In this document: piece after piece, positions 51,616 to 61,725 of the stretch | How the letters are laid out: each line of letters starts with the position of its first letter | How positions within the stretch are numbered: the first letter of the stretch is position 1 | Notes under the pieces: model-generated | What the model was told of the DNA's origin: nothing | Seen by the model: only the letters and a program-made list of their open reading frames with translations | Database searches by the model: none | Assembly (NCBI GenBank): GCA_963718755.1 | Contig: OY970376.1 | Coordinates: 527,673 to 591,672 of the forward strand | From: an uncultured Solirubrobacterales bacterium | GTDB lineage: Bacteria; Actinomycetota; Thermoleophilia; Solirubrobacterales; 70-9 | Length of the DNA stretch: 64,000 bases | Direction: 5' to 3' | Program-made: the position numbers and the translations under genes

Positions 51616-52172
51616 AGAAGTCGCTGGAGCAACTCACCGATCGCGCTGTCGCCGAGGGCCTGCTCGACGTCGCCTACGCAAACGTCGACACGCCCTTCGG
51701 GCCGCTGCTCGTCGCCGCGACCCCTCGAGGCCTGGTCAAGATCAGCTTCCCCTCGGCCCATGAGACCGAGGAGACGCTGGAAGATCTGGCCACGCGGATC
51801 TCACCACGCGTGCTGGAGGCGCCGGCGCAGCTGGACGAGGTCCGTCGCCAGCTCGAGCTCTACTTCGAGGGGCGCCTGCGCGAGTTCGACCTGCCGCTCG
51901 ACTGGCAGCTCAGCAAGGGCTTCCGGCGCCGGGCGCTGCGGGCGATCGACCGCATCCCTTACGGCAAGACCCGCAGCTACACGGAGATCGCCCGCAGCGC
52001 CGGCAACGAGCGGGCGGTGCGGGCGGCAGGGACGGCATGCGGCTCCAACCCGATCCCGATCATCGTCCCCTGCCACCGGGTCCTGCGCAGCGGCGGCGGC
52101 CTCGGCGGCTACGGCGGCGGACTGCCGATGAAGGAGGCCCTGCTCGAGCTGGAGGGCGCGAACTTGTCCTAA
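51612..52172 (+). CDS. ogt: Methylated-DNA--protein-cysteine methyltransferase
   Basis: Active site IPIIVPCHRVL and HTH YGKTRSYTEIA. ATGA overlap with the sigma gene stop. Confidence 0.9.
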   Translation: MKKSLEQLTDRAVAEGLLDVAYANVDTPFGPLLVAATPRGLVKISFPSAHETEETLEDLATRISPRVLEAPAQLDEVRRQLELYFEGRLREFDLPLDWQLSKGFRRRALRAIDRIPYGKTRSYTEIARSAGNERAVRAAGTACGSNPIPIIVPCHRVLRSGGGLGGYGGGLPMKEALLELEGANLS

Positions 52173-52203
52173 TTTTGGCTAAAGGGGGTGCCACGGCACG
52201 CCG

Positions 52204-52845
52204 ATGGATGCGCCTATGCCCATGCCACGAAGGCTCCCCGTGTTCTTCGTCCTCCTTCTCCTCTCTGGACTGCTGCTCGCGGCAGCCGGGGCGCAAGGCG
52301 CCTCGGCTGGGCCCGCAGCATCCCCGTCCGCTCTTGAAGAAGACTTCGAAAGCCTCGAAGACGAACTGGAAGAAGAGGAAAGCGAAGAAGAAGAACTTGA
52401 AACCGAATGCGAAATCGCCCGTGAAGAAGCGGACGAAGGTGAACTCGGGCTTGCCGAAGTAAACGAGATCTGCGCCGAAGCCGCCGAAGTCGGCAAGAGG
52501 AAGAAGAAGACCGGCAGGAAGAGCGCCAGCTCCGATTCGGTGGCTCCGCCAGAGTGCCTGCTGCGCAGCGCCCACGCCCACGCCGCCGTCAATGCGGCTG
52601 GCGACAAGCTGAAGTTGACCATCGGCTACACCGCCTACGAACCGGTCGGCGCAAAGGTCGAGGTACGCAAGGGATCGAGTCGCATCGCGACGAAGCGCCT
52701 CCGGCTCGGTCGCAGCGGCGTCCTGCGAATCGTCGAGGACCTGGGTAGAGCCGAGGCCCCCAAGCGGCTGGTCGTCCGCCTCGCCGTCCCCAACTCACCG
52801 GGGTATTGCGGCAAGTACGAGACCGAGAACGTTCGCGTCAGCTAG
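52204..52845 (+). CDS. Secreted hypothetical protein with highly acidic segment
   Basis: Signal peptide (LPVFFVLLLLSGLLLAAAGAQGA), an E/D-rich block, a basic KRKKK patch, and a beta-rich C-terminus. No family recognised. Confidence 0.5.
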   Translation: MDAPMPMPRRLPVFFVLLLLSGLLLAAAGAQGASAGPAASPSALEEDFESLEDELEEEESEEEELETECEIAREEADEGELGLAEVNEICAEAAEVGKRKKKTGRKSASSDSVAPPECLLRSAHAHAAVNAAGDKLKLTIGYTAYEPVGAKVEVRKGSSRIATKRLRLGRSGVLRIVEDLGRAEAPKRLVVRLAVPNSPGYCGKYETENVRVS

Positions 52846-53486
52846 CTCGACAGGGTCGTCTCCAACCACTCGCCTGCCGCCCTCAGGTGGGCGGGATCGA
52901 TCTGATGGTCGATGTCCGACTCGTGGTACTCGACCTCGAGCCCTCCCGCTTCCAGTTGCCCGCGGGCTCGGTGGGCGAAATCGACACCGATAATCGGGTC
53001 GGATCGACCATGGGCGATGAAGGCGTGCGTGTCGCGCCGGTCCTCGAAATAGGGCTGCCAGCCCTCGACCTCCGGGACGAAGCCGCTGAAGGCGAGGATT
53101 CCGGCCGGCGCCGGGCGGTCGGCACCCAGTCCCATCGCGTAGCTCATCACCGAGCCCATCGAGAACCCGCCGAGAACCATGCGGGCGGGCGGGATCGCGG
53201 TCTCCTCCCAGAGCCGATCATGGAGCTCGGCGAGAGCGCTGCGGGCGGCGTGGAAGGTGTCGTGATCGGGATAGCCAACCCGGGGTACCAGGTACCAGTG
53301 GTACCCCGGCGAGTTCGGCAGCTTCAGCGGCGCCCGTGGCGTGACGACCAGGAGCCGCCGGGCGGGATCGAGCGCGTCGGCGAGGCCGAGCAGATCCCCC
53401 TCATCGGTCCCACGCCCGTGATGCAGAACCAGCAGCCCGTCAGGGTCGCCCGCAGCCGGTCGCTCCCGGTAGACCAGCGGCTCCAC
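52842..53486 (-). CDS. Alpha/beta hydrolase (phospholipase/carboxylesterase family)
   Basis: GFSMGS nucleophile elbow, and downstream Asp/His (HGRSDPII...HESDIDHQI). Confidence 0.8.
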   Translation of the reverse strand: MEPLVYRERPAAGDPDGLLVLHHGRGTDEGDLLGLADALDPARRLLVVTPRAPLKLPNSPGYHWYLVPRVGYPDHDTFHAARSALAELHDRLWEETAIPPARMVLGGFSMGSVMSYAMGLGADRPAPAGILAFSGFVPEVEGWQPYFEDRRDTHAFIAHGRSDPIIGVDFAHRARGQLEAGGLEVEYHESDIDHQIDPAHLRAAGEWLETTLSS

Positions 53487-53488
53487 GG

Positions 53489-54608
53489 CTAGCCGGCCGA
53501 GGAGGCCGCGGTCTTGTTCAGGTAGTCGCGGATGAAGTCGTCGATGTCGCCGTCGAGCACGCGCTGCGCGTCCCCCACCTCGTAGCCGGTGCGGTGATCC
53601 TTGACCCGCTGGTCGGGGTGGAGGAAGTAGCTGCGGATCTGCGAGCCCCAGGCAACTTCCTTGACCTCACCCCGCTCCTGCGCCAGCGTCTCCGCGCGTT
53701 TGCGCTCCTCCAGCTCGATCAGCTTCGAGCGCAGCAGCTGCATCGCAACCGCCTTGTTCTGGGTCTGCGAACGCTCGTTCTGGCACTGCACGACGACCCC
53801 GGTCGGCAGGTGGGTGATGCGCACCGCCGAGTCGGTCTTGTTGACGTGCTGGCCTCCGGCGCCAGAGGCCCGGTACGTGTCGACGCGCAGATCGGCGTCG
53901 TCGATCTCGACCTCCACCCCCTCGTCGACGAGCGGCCCGACGTCGACCTGGGCGAAGCTGGTGTGGCGCCGCGCGGACGAGTCGAAGGGGGAGATCCGCA
54001 CCAGCCGATGCACGCCGCGCTCAGCGGCGAAGAGGCCGTAGGCGTTCTCGCCGTGGGCGAGGAAGGTCGCCGACTTGAGGCCGGCCTCCTCCCCCGGCGA
54101 GGCCTCCTTCATCTCGACCTCGAAGCCGCGGGCCTCCGCCCAGCGCAGGTACATCCGCAGCAGGATCTCCGCCCAGTCCTGGGAGTCGGTGCCGCCGGCC
54201 CCGGCGTGGACGGTGACCACGGCATCGCCGGCATCGTACTCGCCGCTGAACAGGCGCGCCTCTTCGAGCTCGGCAAGCCGCCCTTCGACCGCTACCAGCT
54301 GGGTCGCCAGCTCGGCGGCCATCTCCTCGTCCTCGCCCGCCATCTCGGCCAGCTCGCCAACGTCCTCAGCCTCCGCCTCGAGCTCCTCGAAGGTCTTCAG
54401 CTTGCGCTGAGCGCGGGCGTGCGCGGCCGAGATCCGAGCCGCGGACTCCTGGTCGTCCCAGAATCCGGGCCGTCCCATCTCCTCCTCCAGCCGCTCTGCT
54501 TCCCGCTGCAGTGAGGCGGGGTCAAAGGTAGTCCGCGAGCAGCTTCAACTGCTCGCGGATCTCGGCGAGCCGCGCCGGTACCGATTCGGTCGAGGCGACA
54601 TCGGCCAT
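53489..54608 (-). CDS. prfB: Peptide chain release factor 2, requires programmed +1 frameshift
   Basis: Frame 0 runs from ATG 54608 for 28 codons to CTT (54527-54525), then in-frame TGA (54524-54522). The +1 frame from GAC at 54523 continues DPASLQREAERLEEEMGRPGFWDD... to 53489. SPF and GGQ (SGAGGQHVNKTDSA) motifs are present. Confidence 0.9.
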
Positions 54609-54617
54609 GGGCGCAGA

Positions 54618-55022
54618 CTACTCGGCGGCGACGCCGTGGTCGAAGCCGCCTGCGTGCAGGGCCTCGGCCCGATCCTCGAAAGGCCGCCAGCTGCGCACCC
54701 GGTGGTCGTGCAGCTCGAAGAGCCAGGCCATGGCGTCCTCGCCCGCGGCGGAGCCGTCCTCGTCCCAATGCCACACCCGCCGGATCAGGGCAACGGCGGA
54801 CCCACCACCGGATTCGGTCCCGTCCTCGTAGAGATGCTCCAACTCGATCGTCTGCTGGACGCCACCCGGCGGGCGCGTAGCCCACAACCGCGCCGCCTCC
54901 CGCCCCTTCCGCAAGCCCCTCATCGAATGAAGCTCAACCCCAGGATCAAGGACGCGGACAAACGCATCGAGGTCCCGCTCGTTGAACGCCCGGATGAACT
55001 CTCGAACAGGGTCGCGGGTCAC
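54618..55022 (-). CDS. SnoaL-like / NTF2-fold protein
   Basis: REFIRAFNERDLDAFVRVLDPGVE N-terminus typical of SnoaL-like domains. 134 aa. Confidence 0.6.
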   Translation of the reverse strand: MTRDPVREFIRAFNERDLDAFVRVLDPGVELHSMRGLRKGREAARLWATRPPGGVQQTIELEHLYEDGTESGGGSAVALIRRVWHWDEDGSAAGEDAMAWLFELHDHRVRSWRPFEDRAEALHAGGFDHGVAAE

Positions 55023-55036
55023 AGGGGCGCCAGCTT

Positions 55037-55150
55037 AGAGGCCGTCGCGGTAGGGGTGAAACGTCTTGTACTTTTTGGCCACCGCGATTCGCGGAAGACC
55101 GAAGGGCGCAACACCCAAAAAGTTAAGTGGAACCCCTACCGCGACGGCCT
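55037..55150 (+). repeat. Family-1 structured intergenic element, copy 2
   Basis: 114-nt nested hairpin between the secA stop (55163) and the downstream gene start (55022). Same core as 36486-36593, with a different 13-bp outer stem. Confidence 0.85.
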
Positions 55151-55162
55151 CTCGGACGGGTC

Positions 55163-58009
55163 TCAAGCCCCATGACACTTCTTGAACTTTTTCCCGCTGC
55201 CGCACCAGCACGGATCATTCCTGCCGATTTCTTTCTCGCGCTCGTCCTTAACCACGGTCTCGACCACCTCCGGCGCCGGAGCACCGTTGCCGCCGCCCCC
55301 GGGCCTGGCGGTGCCTTCGGTGACACTGACGCCGCCCCCGGCGGCGACCTCTTGCAACGCTGAGGGCTGCGCGTCGGGCGTGCCGCCGGAGTAATCGAGC
55401 GCCGTCGGGGCGCCACCGTTGCCGCCGAAAGCGCCATCGAGCTGGGACGGATCGACTTCGATTTCGGCGTTGAAGACCAGTTTGCTGAATTCCTCCCAGA
55501 TCGAGTGCATCAACTCCTCGAACATGGAAAAGCCTTCGTTTTTGTAGGCGACCAGCGGGTCGATCTGTGCGAAGCCACGCAGGTGGATGCCCTCGCGCAG
55601 GTAATCCATGTCGTAGAGGTGCTCGCGCCAGCGGCTGTCGATGACCTGGAGCAGGATCGAGCGCTCCAGGTAGCGCATCAGCTCCTCGCCCAGCTTCTGC
55701 TCGCGATCGTCGTAAGCGCTCATCGCGTCTTCGTCGAGGGAGTCCTTGAGCTTTTCGCGGTCGACCATCTCCGGCGCCATCGAGCCGACCTCGGTGCCCA
55801 CCGGCCAGATCTGCCGCAGCTGCTGCTCCATGCCGAGCATGTCCCACTCGTCGAGGTCGTCGCCGGGCGTGTACTCGTCGACGAAGCGCTCGATGACCCC
55901 CTCGAGCTCGTCGCGGGCGATGTCCGACATGTCGCGGCCTTCGAGGATCTCGCGGCGGTATTTGTAGACGACGCGACGCTGCTCGTTCATCACGTCGTCG
56001 TACTCGAGCACGCGTTTGCGGATCAGGAAGTTCTGTTCCTCGACCTTCTTCTGCGCACCCTCGACCGTTTTGGACAGCATTTTCGCCTCGAGTGGCATCT
56101 CCCCGCCGTCCTCGTCGACGGGTCCAAGCCGGTCGAGAATTTTGAAGATCCGGTCGCCGGCAAAGAGGCGGATCACGTCGTCTTCGGCGGAGAGGAAGAA
56201 GCGCGTCTCGCCAGGGTCTCCCTGTCGACCCGAACGACCCCGCAGCTGGTTGTCGATGCGCCGCGATTCGTGGCGCTCGGTGCCGCAGATGTAGAGGCCG
56301 CCGAGCTCACACACTTCCTCGGCCTCGGCCTTGCACTGCGGCGCCAGCTCAGCGATCTTCGCCTCCAGTGCCTCCTCGTAGCCCTCGTCGTCCGGGTTCA
56401 GGCTCTGCTTCTTCAGCTCTTTGTGGGCCAGGTGCTCGGAGTCTCCACCAAGCTTGATGTCGACGCCACGCCCAGCCATGTTGGTCGCGATCATCACCGC
56501 GCCCTTGCGACCGGCTTCGGCGATCCGCTCGCCCTCTCGTTCGGCGTGCTCTGGCTTGGCGTTCAGCACCGCGTGCTCGACCCCGTGCCGTTTGAGCTCG
56601 CCGGAGATCATCTCCGAGACCTCGACCGAGACGGTGCCGACAAGGATCGGCTGGCCCTTCTCGTGGCGGGCCATGATCTCCTCGAGAACCGCCTTCCACT
56701 TGCCGTCTTTCGTTTTGAAGATCTGGTCGTTTTGGTCGGCGCGAACCATCGGTTGGTTGGTCGGGACCTCGACCACCGGCACCTTGTAGATCTTCATGAA
56801 CTCGGTGGCCTCGGTCAGGGCCGTGCCGGTCATGCCGGAAAGCTTGTCGTAGAGGCGGAAGTAGTTCTGCAGGGTGATCGTCGCCAGGGTCTGGTTCTCC
56901 TCGCCGATCGGTACCCCCTCCTTCGCCTCGACCGCCTGGTGCAGACCCTCTGACCAACGCCGCCCCTCGAGGATGCGGCCGGTGAACTCGTCGATGATCA
57001 TCACCTGGCCGTCGACCACGGCGTAGTCCTTGTCCTTCTTGTAGAGCGACTCGGCCTTGAGCGCCTGACTCAGGTGGTTGACAAGCGTGCCGTGCTCGCT
57101 CAGATAGAGGTTGTCGACGCCGAGGAACTCCTCGGCGCGCTTTACGCCGCGCTCGGTTGGGGAGACCGTCTTGTGTTTCTCGTCATATTCGTAGTCGTAC
57201 TCGGCCTCGGAGGTGTCTTTCGATTCGCCCAGGGATTTCAGCCGGTCTTTGGCCGGGACCGCGTCCATCTGACGTGCCAGGCGGGCGAACTGGTAGTAGA
57301 TCTGGGCAGCCTGTTCGGGTGCGCCGGAGATGATCAGCGGCGTTCGCGCCTCGTCGATCAGGATGTTGTCGACCTCGTCGACGATCGCGAAGTGGTGGCC
57401 GCGCTGGACGCAGTGCTCGAGCGATTCGGACATGTTGTCGCGCAGATAGTCGAAGCCGAACTCGGAGTTGGTGCCGTAGACGATGTCGCAGGCGTATTTG
57501 ACCTGGCGGGCGGCGTGATCGTCGGAGTCCTGGATTGAGGCAACGCTGACGCCGAGGGCGTCGTAGACCGGCTTCATCCATTCCGCGTCGCGGCGCGCCA
57601 AGTAGTCGTTGACGGTGACGACGTGGACGCTGTCGCCGGCCAGCGTGTTGAGGAAGGCTGCCAGGGTCGCGGTCAGCGTCTTGCCCTCGCCGGTCTTCAT
57701 CTCGGCGATCGCCCCGTCGTGCAGGACCATGCCGCCGACCAGCTGCACGTCGAAGTGGCGCTGGCCGAGGCTGCGCCGCGCCGCCTCGCGGGTCAGTGCA
57801 AAGGCCTCGGGCAGGAGGTCGTCGAGCGACTCCCCCCCGCGGGCGCGCTCACGCAGCGAATCTGCCTCCGGACGCAGCTCCTCGTCGCCGAGCAGCTCCA
57901 TCTCGGGCTCGATCCTGTTGATCGTCGCGGCGCGCTTCTCATACGCCTTGAACTTGCGACCCTCTCCCACGCGCAGGGCGCGCGTGACCATGTCCCTGGC
58001 ATTCGCCAT
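55163..58009 (-). CDS. secA: Preprotein translocase ATPase SecA
   Basis: DEAD-like motor motifs (MKTGEGKTL, VDEVDNILIDEARTPLIISG) and C-terminal zinc motif CWCGSGKKFKKCHG. Confidence 0.97.
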   Translation of the reverse strand: MANARDMVTRALRVGEGRKFKAYEKRAATINRIEPEMELLGDEELRPEADSLRERARGGESLDDLLPEAFALTREAARRSLGQRHFDVQLVGGMVLHDGAIAEMKTGEGKTLTATLAAFLNTLAGDSVHVVTVNDYLARRDAEWMKPVYDALGVSVASIQDSDDHAARQVKYACDIVYGTNSEFGFDYLRDNMSESLEHCVQRGHHFAIVDEVDNILIDEARTPLIISGAPEQAAQIYYQFARLARQMDAVPAKDRLKSLGESKDTSEAEYDYEYDEKHKTVSPTERGVKRAEEFLGVDNLYLSEHGTLVNHLSQALKAESLYKKDKDYAVVDGQVMIIDEFTGRILEGRRWSEGLHQAVEAKEGVPIGEENQTLATITLQNYFRLYDKLSGMTGTALTEATEFMKIYKVPVVEVPTNQPMVRADQNDQIFKTKDGKWKAVLEEIMARHEKGQPILVGTVSVEVSEMISGELKRHGVEHAVLNAKPEHAEREGERIAEAGRKGAVMIATNMAGRGVDIKLGGDSEHLAHKELKKQSLNPDDEGYEEALEAKIAELAPQCKAEAEEVCELGGLYICGTERHESRRIDNQLRGRSGRQGDPGETRFFLSAEDDVIRLFAGDRIFKILDRLGPVDEDGGEMPLEAKMLSKTVEGAQKKVEEQNFLIRKRVLEYDDVMNEQRRVVYKYRREILEGRDMSDIARDELEGVIERFVDEYTPGDDLDEWDMLGMEQQLRQIWPVGTEVGSMAPEMVDREKLKDSLDEDAMSAYDDREQKLGEELMRYLERSILLQVIDSRWREHLYDMDYLREGIHLRGFAQIDPLVAYKNEGFSMFEELMHSIWEEFSKLVFNAEIEVDPSQLDGAFGGNGGAPTALDYSGGTPDAQPSALQEVAAGGGVSVTEGTARPGGGGNGAPAPEVVETVVKDEREKEIGRNDPCWCGSGKKFKKCHGA

Positions 58010-58058
58010 GGACCAAGGGTAGCGATGGCGGCGCTACCGCCTCAGGCTCAGCTCGGGC

Positions 58059-58412
58059 TCAGGTTTCGACGGTGCGGCCGCGCATCTGGTTGACGAGGCG
58101 CCTCGTCTGGCGACGCTTCCGGCGCAATGCTCGATGTTTCTTGACCTGGCGGCGGATGTCCTCGGCCAACTCGTGGATCGTGTGGGCCATCTCCGGGGAG
58201 GCCTCCTTCGCGTGCAAGGTCACTCCCTTGAGCCGCAGCGTCGCCTCGGCGACCTGGCTGTCGGCGATCGCCGGATTGCGCTCCTCCCAGACCGTGACGT
58301 CGAGAGTGGCCAGCTCAGAGACCTGCCTGCCGACTCTGCGGAATCGCTTCAGGACGTGTTCCCGAAGCTCGTCATCGATCTCGACGTTGCGCCCACGCAC
58401 CTCGATCCGCAT
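58059..58412 (-). CDS. hpf: Ribosome hibernation promoting factor (short HPF/RaiA type)
   Basis: MRIEVRGRNVEIDDELREHVLKRF..., preceded by AGGAGG. ATG at 58412. Basic C-terminal tail. Confidence 0.9.
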   Translation of the reverse strand: MRIEVRGRNVEIDDELREHVLKRFRRVGRQVSELATLDVTVWEERNPAIADSQVAEATLRLKGVTLHAKEASPEMAHTIHELAEDIRRQVKKHRALRRKRRQTRRLVNQMRGRTVET

Positions 58413-58488
58413 ATTGGCCTCCTGGGTTTTGGGTCTCCCGATGCTACGCCTGTACCCGCTGGCGGGCAAGAGCAAATCGACAGACGCC

Positions 58489-59100
58489 TCACAGGCGTCG
58501 TGTGAAGGTGATCGCCACGATCCGGACGGCTCCAGCTTGGCGAAGGGCTCGGGCGCAGGAGGAGAGGGTGGCGCCGGTGGTTAGGACGTCGTCGATCAGC
58601 AGGACACTGCGCGGAACCTCGCCTTTCGCCCGGATGCGCGGTGGGTGGCCTATGCGCTGTGCGCGGCGCTTGCCCACCTGGCGGCCGCCGCCGCGACGAC
58701 TGAGACAAGCGCTGAGGGGGAGCTCGGTTCGCTGGGCCAGGGCCGCCGCGATCTCGGCTGCTGGGTCGAAGCCGCGGATTGCCGAGCGCAGGGGTGCGGT
58801 TGGGACGGGGACGATCGTGCCGCTGAGCATGGTGCCCGGAGCAAGCCAGTGAATTCGTTCTGCCATCAGGCCGGCGACCGGGAGCAGGCGACGGAACTTG
58901 AGGGCGGCAATCAGGTCGCGAGCTACGGCCTCGTGCGGTGCCGATGACCAAGCTCGATCGAGTCCCGCGGCACCGACGCCCAGCAAAGGCTCGGTCGCGG
59001 CAAGTCGCCGGGCGCAGCGGCTGCAGAGGGTCGCTTGCTGTCGACAGCCTCGCCCGCACGCGGCGCAAAGAGGCGGGACGAGGGCGTGGAGAAAGCTCAC
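58489..59100 (-). CDS. comF: ComF family phosphoribosyltransferase-domain protein
   Basis: N-terminal Cys4 (CAACG...CSRC) and PRTase motif VLLIDDVLTTGATL. Confidence 0.8.
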   Translation of the reverse strand: MSFLHALVPPLCAACGRGCRQQATLCSRCARRLAATEPLLGVGAAGLDRAWSSAPHEAVARDLIAALKFRRLLPVAGLMAERIHWLAPGTMLSGTIVPVPTAPLRSAIRGFDPAAEIAAALAQRTELPLSACLSRRGGGRQVGKRRAQRIGHPPRIRAKGEVPRSVLLIDDVLTTGATLSSCARALRQAGAVRIVAITFTRRL

Positions 59101-59156
59101 CCGCCGATCGTTGGCGAGCGTGGCGCGCGCGTGGCGCGCCGAAGGTCAAATTTCCG

Positions 59157-60167
59157 TCAACTCTTCGCTACGCGACCTGCGATGCCGCCGACAAGGATCG
59201 CCGCGGGAGACAGCTCCGCCCCTTCGAGCAGGATCGAGTCGCGGATACACGCCCCATCGCCGACCCGACAGCCGTCACCGATGATCGCCGGTCCCTCGAT
59301 TTGCACGTCAGCGCCGATCTCGACATCAGCCCCAACCAGAACCGGCGCGGTCACCTCAGCTCCGTCCAGCGAACTCGCCGCCCAAACGCCCTCCTCCACC
59401 TGCGGTGCCCCAGGCTCGACCTTGACCGCTCCGTGGAGCGCGTCGAGGTTGCCCTGGCGCACCTCGTCGAGATTGCCGATGTCGTTCCAGTAGGCGTCGA
59501 CCTCGTGCGAGTAGAAGGGCACATCCGCCTCCAGCAGGGCCGGGAAGACGTCCTTGGCCCAGTCGGCGAACTCCGGCGGGTCGTCGGGGCCGGCGTCGTT
59601 GCTCGTTCCCGGCTCCGGGAAGTAGTCGAAGACCTCGGCGCGGAACATGTAGATGCAGGTGTTGGCGAGGTCGGAGAGGGCTTCGGCGGGGTCGGGCTTC
59701 TCCTGGAACCCCTGGATTCGACCGTCGCCCGCGGCGATCACGACGCCGAACTGATCGGTGTCGGCAACCCGTTTGGTCGCCATCGTGACCAGACCGTCGT
59801 GGGATTCGTGGAACTCGCGCATGGCCGTGAAGTCGATGTCGGTGAGCGCGTCCCCGGCAACGACGAGGAACGAGTCGCCGAGGAAATCGGCGACGTTGCG
59901 GACCCCGCCGGCGGTGCCGAGCAACTGCTCCTCATGGCTGTAGGTGAGCTCCAGGCCGAAGTCCGAGCCGTCGCCGAAGTGGCCTTCGATCAGCTCGGGG
60001 AACCAGTGCAGGTTGGCGATCGCCTCGCGGAATCCGTGCCGAGCCAGCAACCGAGCCGCGTGCTCCACCACCGGCCGGTTCAACACCGGCACCATCGGCT
60101 TCGGCATGCCGTAGGTGAGCGGCCGCAGCCGGGTGCCGAGCCCGGCTGCGAGGATCATCGCGCGCAT
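59157..60167 (-). CDS. Sugar-phosphate nucleotidyltransferase with C-terminal left-handed beta-helix
   Basis: ILAAGLGTRLRPLTYGMPKPMVPV N-terminus and hexapeptide repeats at the C-terminus. Confidence 0.8.
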   Translation of the reverse strand: MRAMILAAGLGTRLRPLTYGMPKPMVPVLNRPVVEHAARLLARHGFREAIANLHWFPELIEGHFGDGSDFGLELTYSHEEQLLGTAGGVRNVADFLGDSFLVVAGDALTDIDFTAMREFHESHDGLVTMATKRVADTDQFGVVIAAGDGRIQGFQEKPDPAEALSDLANTCIYMFRAEVFDYFPEPGTSNDAGPDDPPEFADWAKDVFPALLEADVPFYSHEVDAYWNDIGNLDEVRQGNLDALHGAVKVEPGAPQVEEGVWAASSLDGAEVTAPVLVGADVEIGADVQIEGPAIIGDGCRVGDGACIRDSILLEGAELSPAAILVGGIAGRVAKS

Positions 60168-60201
60168 CGAATTAGGTGCCCTGGCCCCAGCTCGCTAGGT
60201 A

Positions 60202-61620
<1,419 letters not shown>

Positions 61621-61675
61621 CGGTTCCTTTCGTCTATCCGGGTCCCGGCGAAGGATAGGGGGAAACGCTTAGGCG

Positions 61676-61725
61676 GACGTGCCGGTGCGGAGAGGTCCAT
61701 ATGGGCACCGGAGCACCGGCACGTC
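61676..61725 (-). terminator. 13-bp perfect hairpin overlapping the stop codon of the SIS isomerase gene, in the ahcY upstream region
   Basis: GACGTGCCGGTGC (61676-61688) / GCACCGGCACGTC (61713-61725). No clear T tract follows on the gene strand. Confidence 0.35.

Noticed and set aside
61621-61723. Possible SAH riboswitch in the ahcY 5' region.
   Set aside because: The region shows a 13-bp hairpin and a small CTATCC/GGATAG stem, but not the GAGGAGCGCUGC...GCCA...GCGCUC-type conserved SAH core as I remember it. It is more likely the terminator of the upstream operon plus an ordinary leader.
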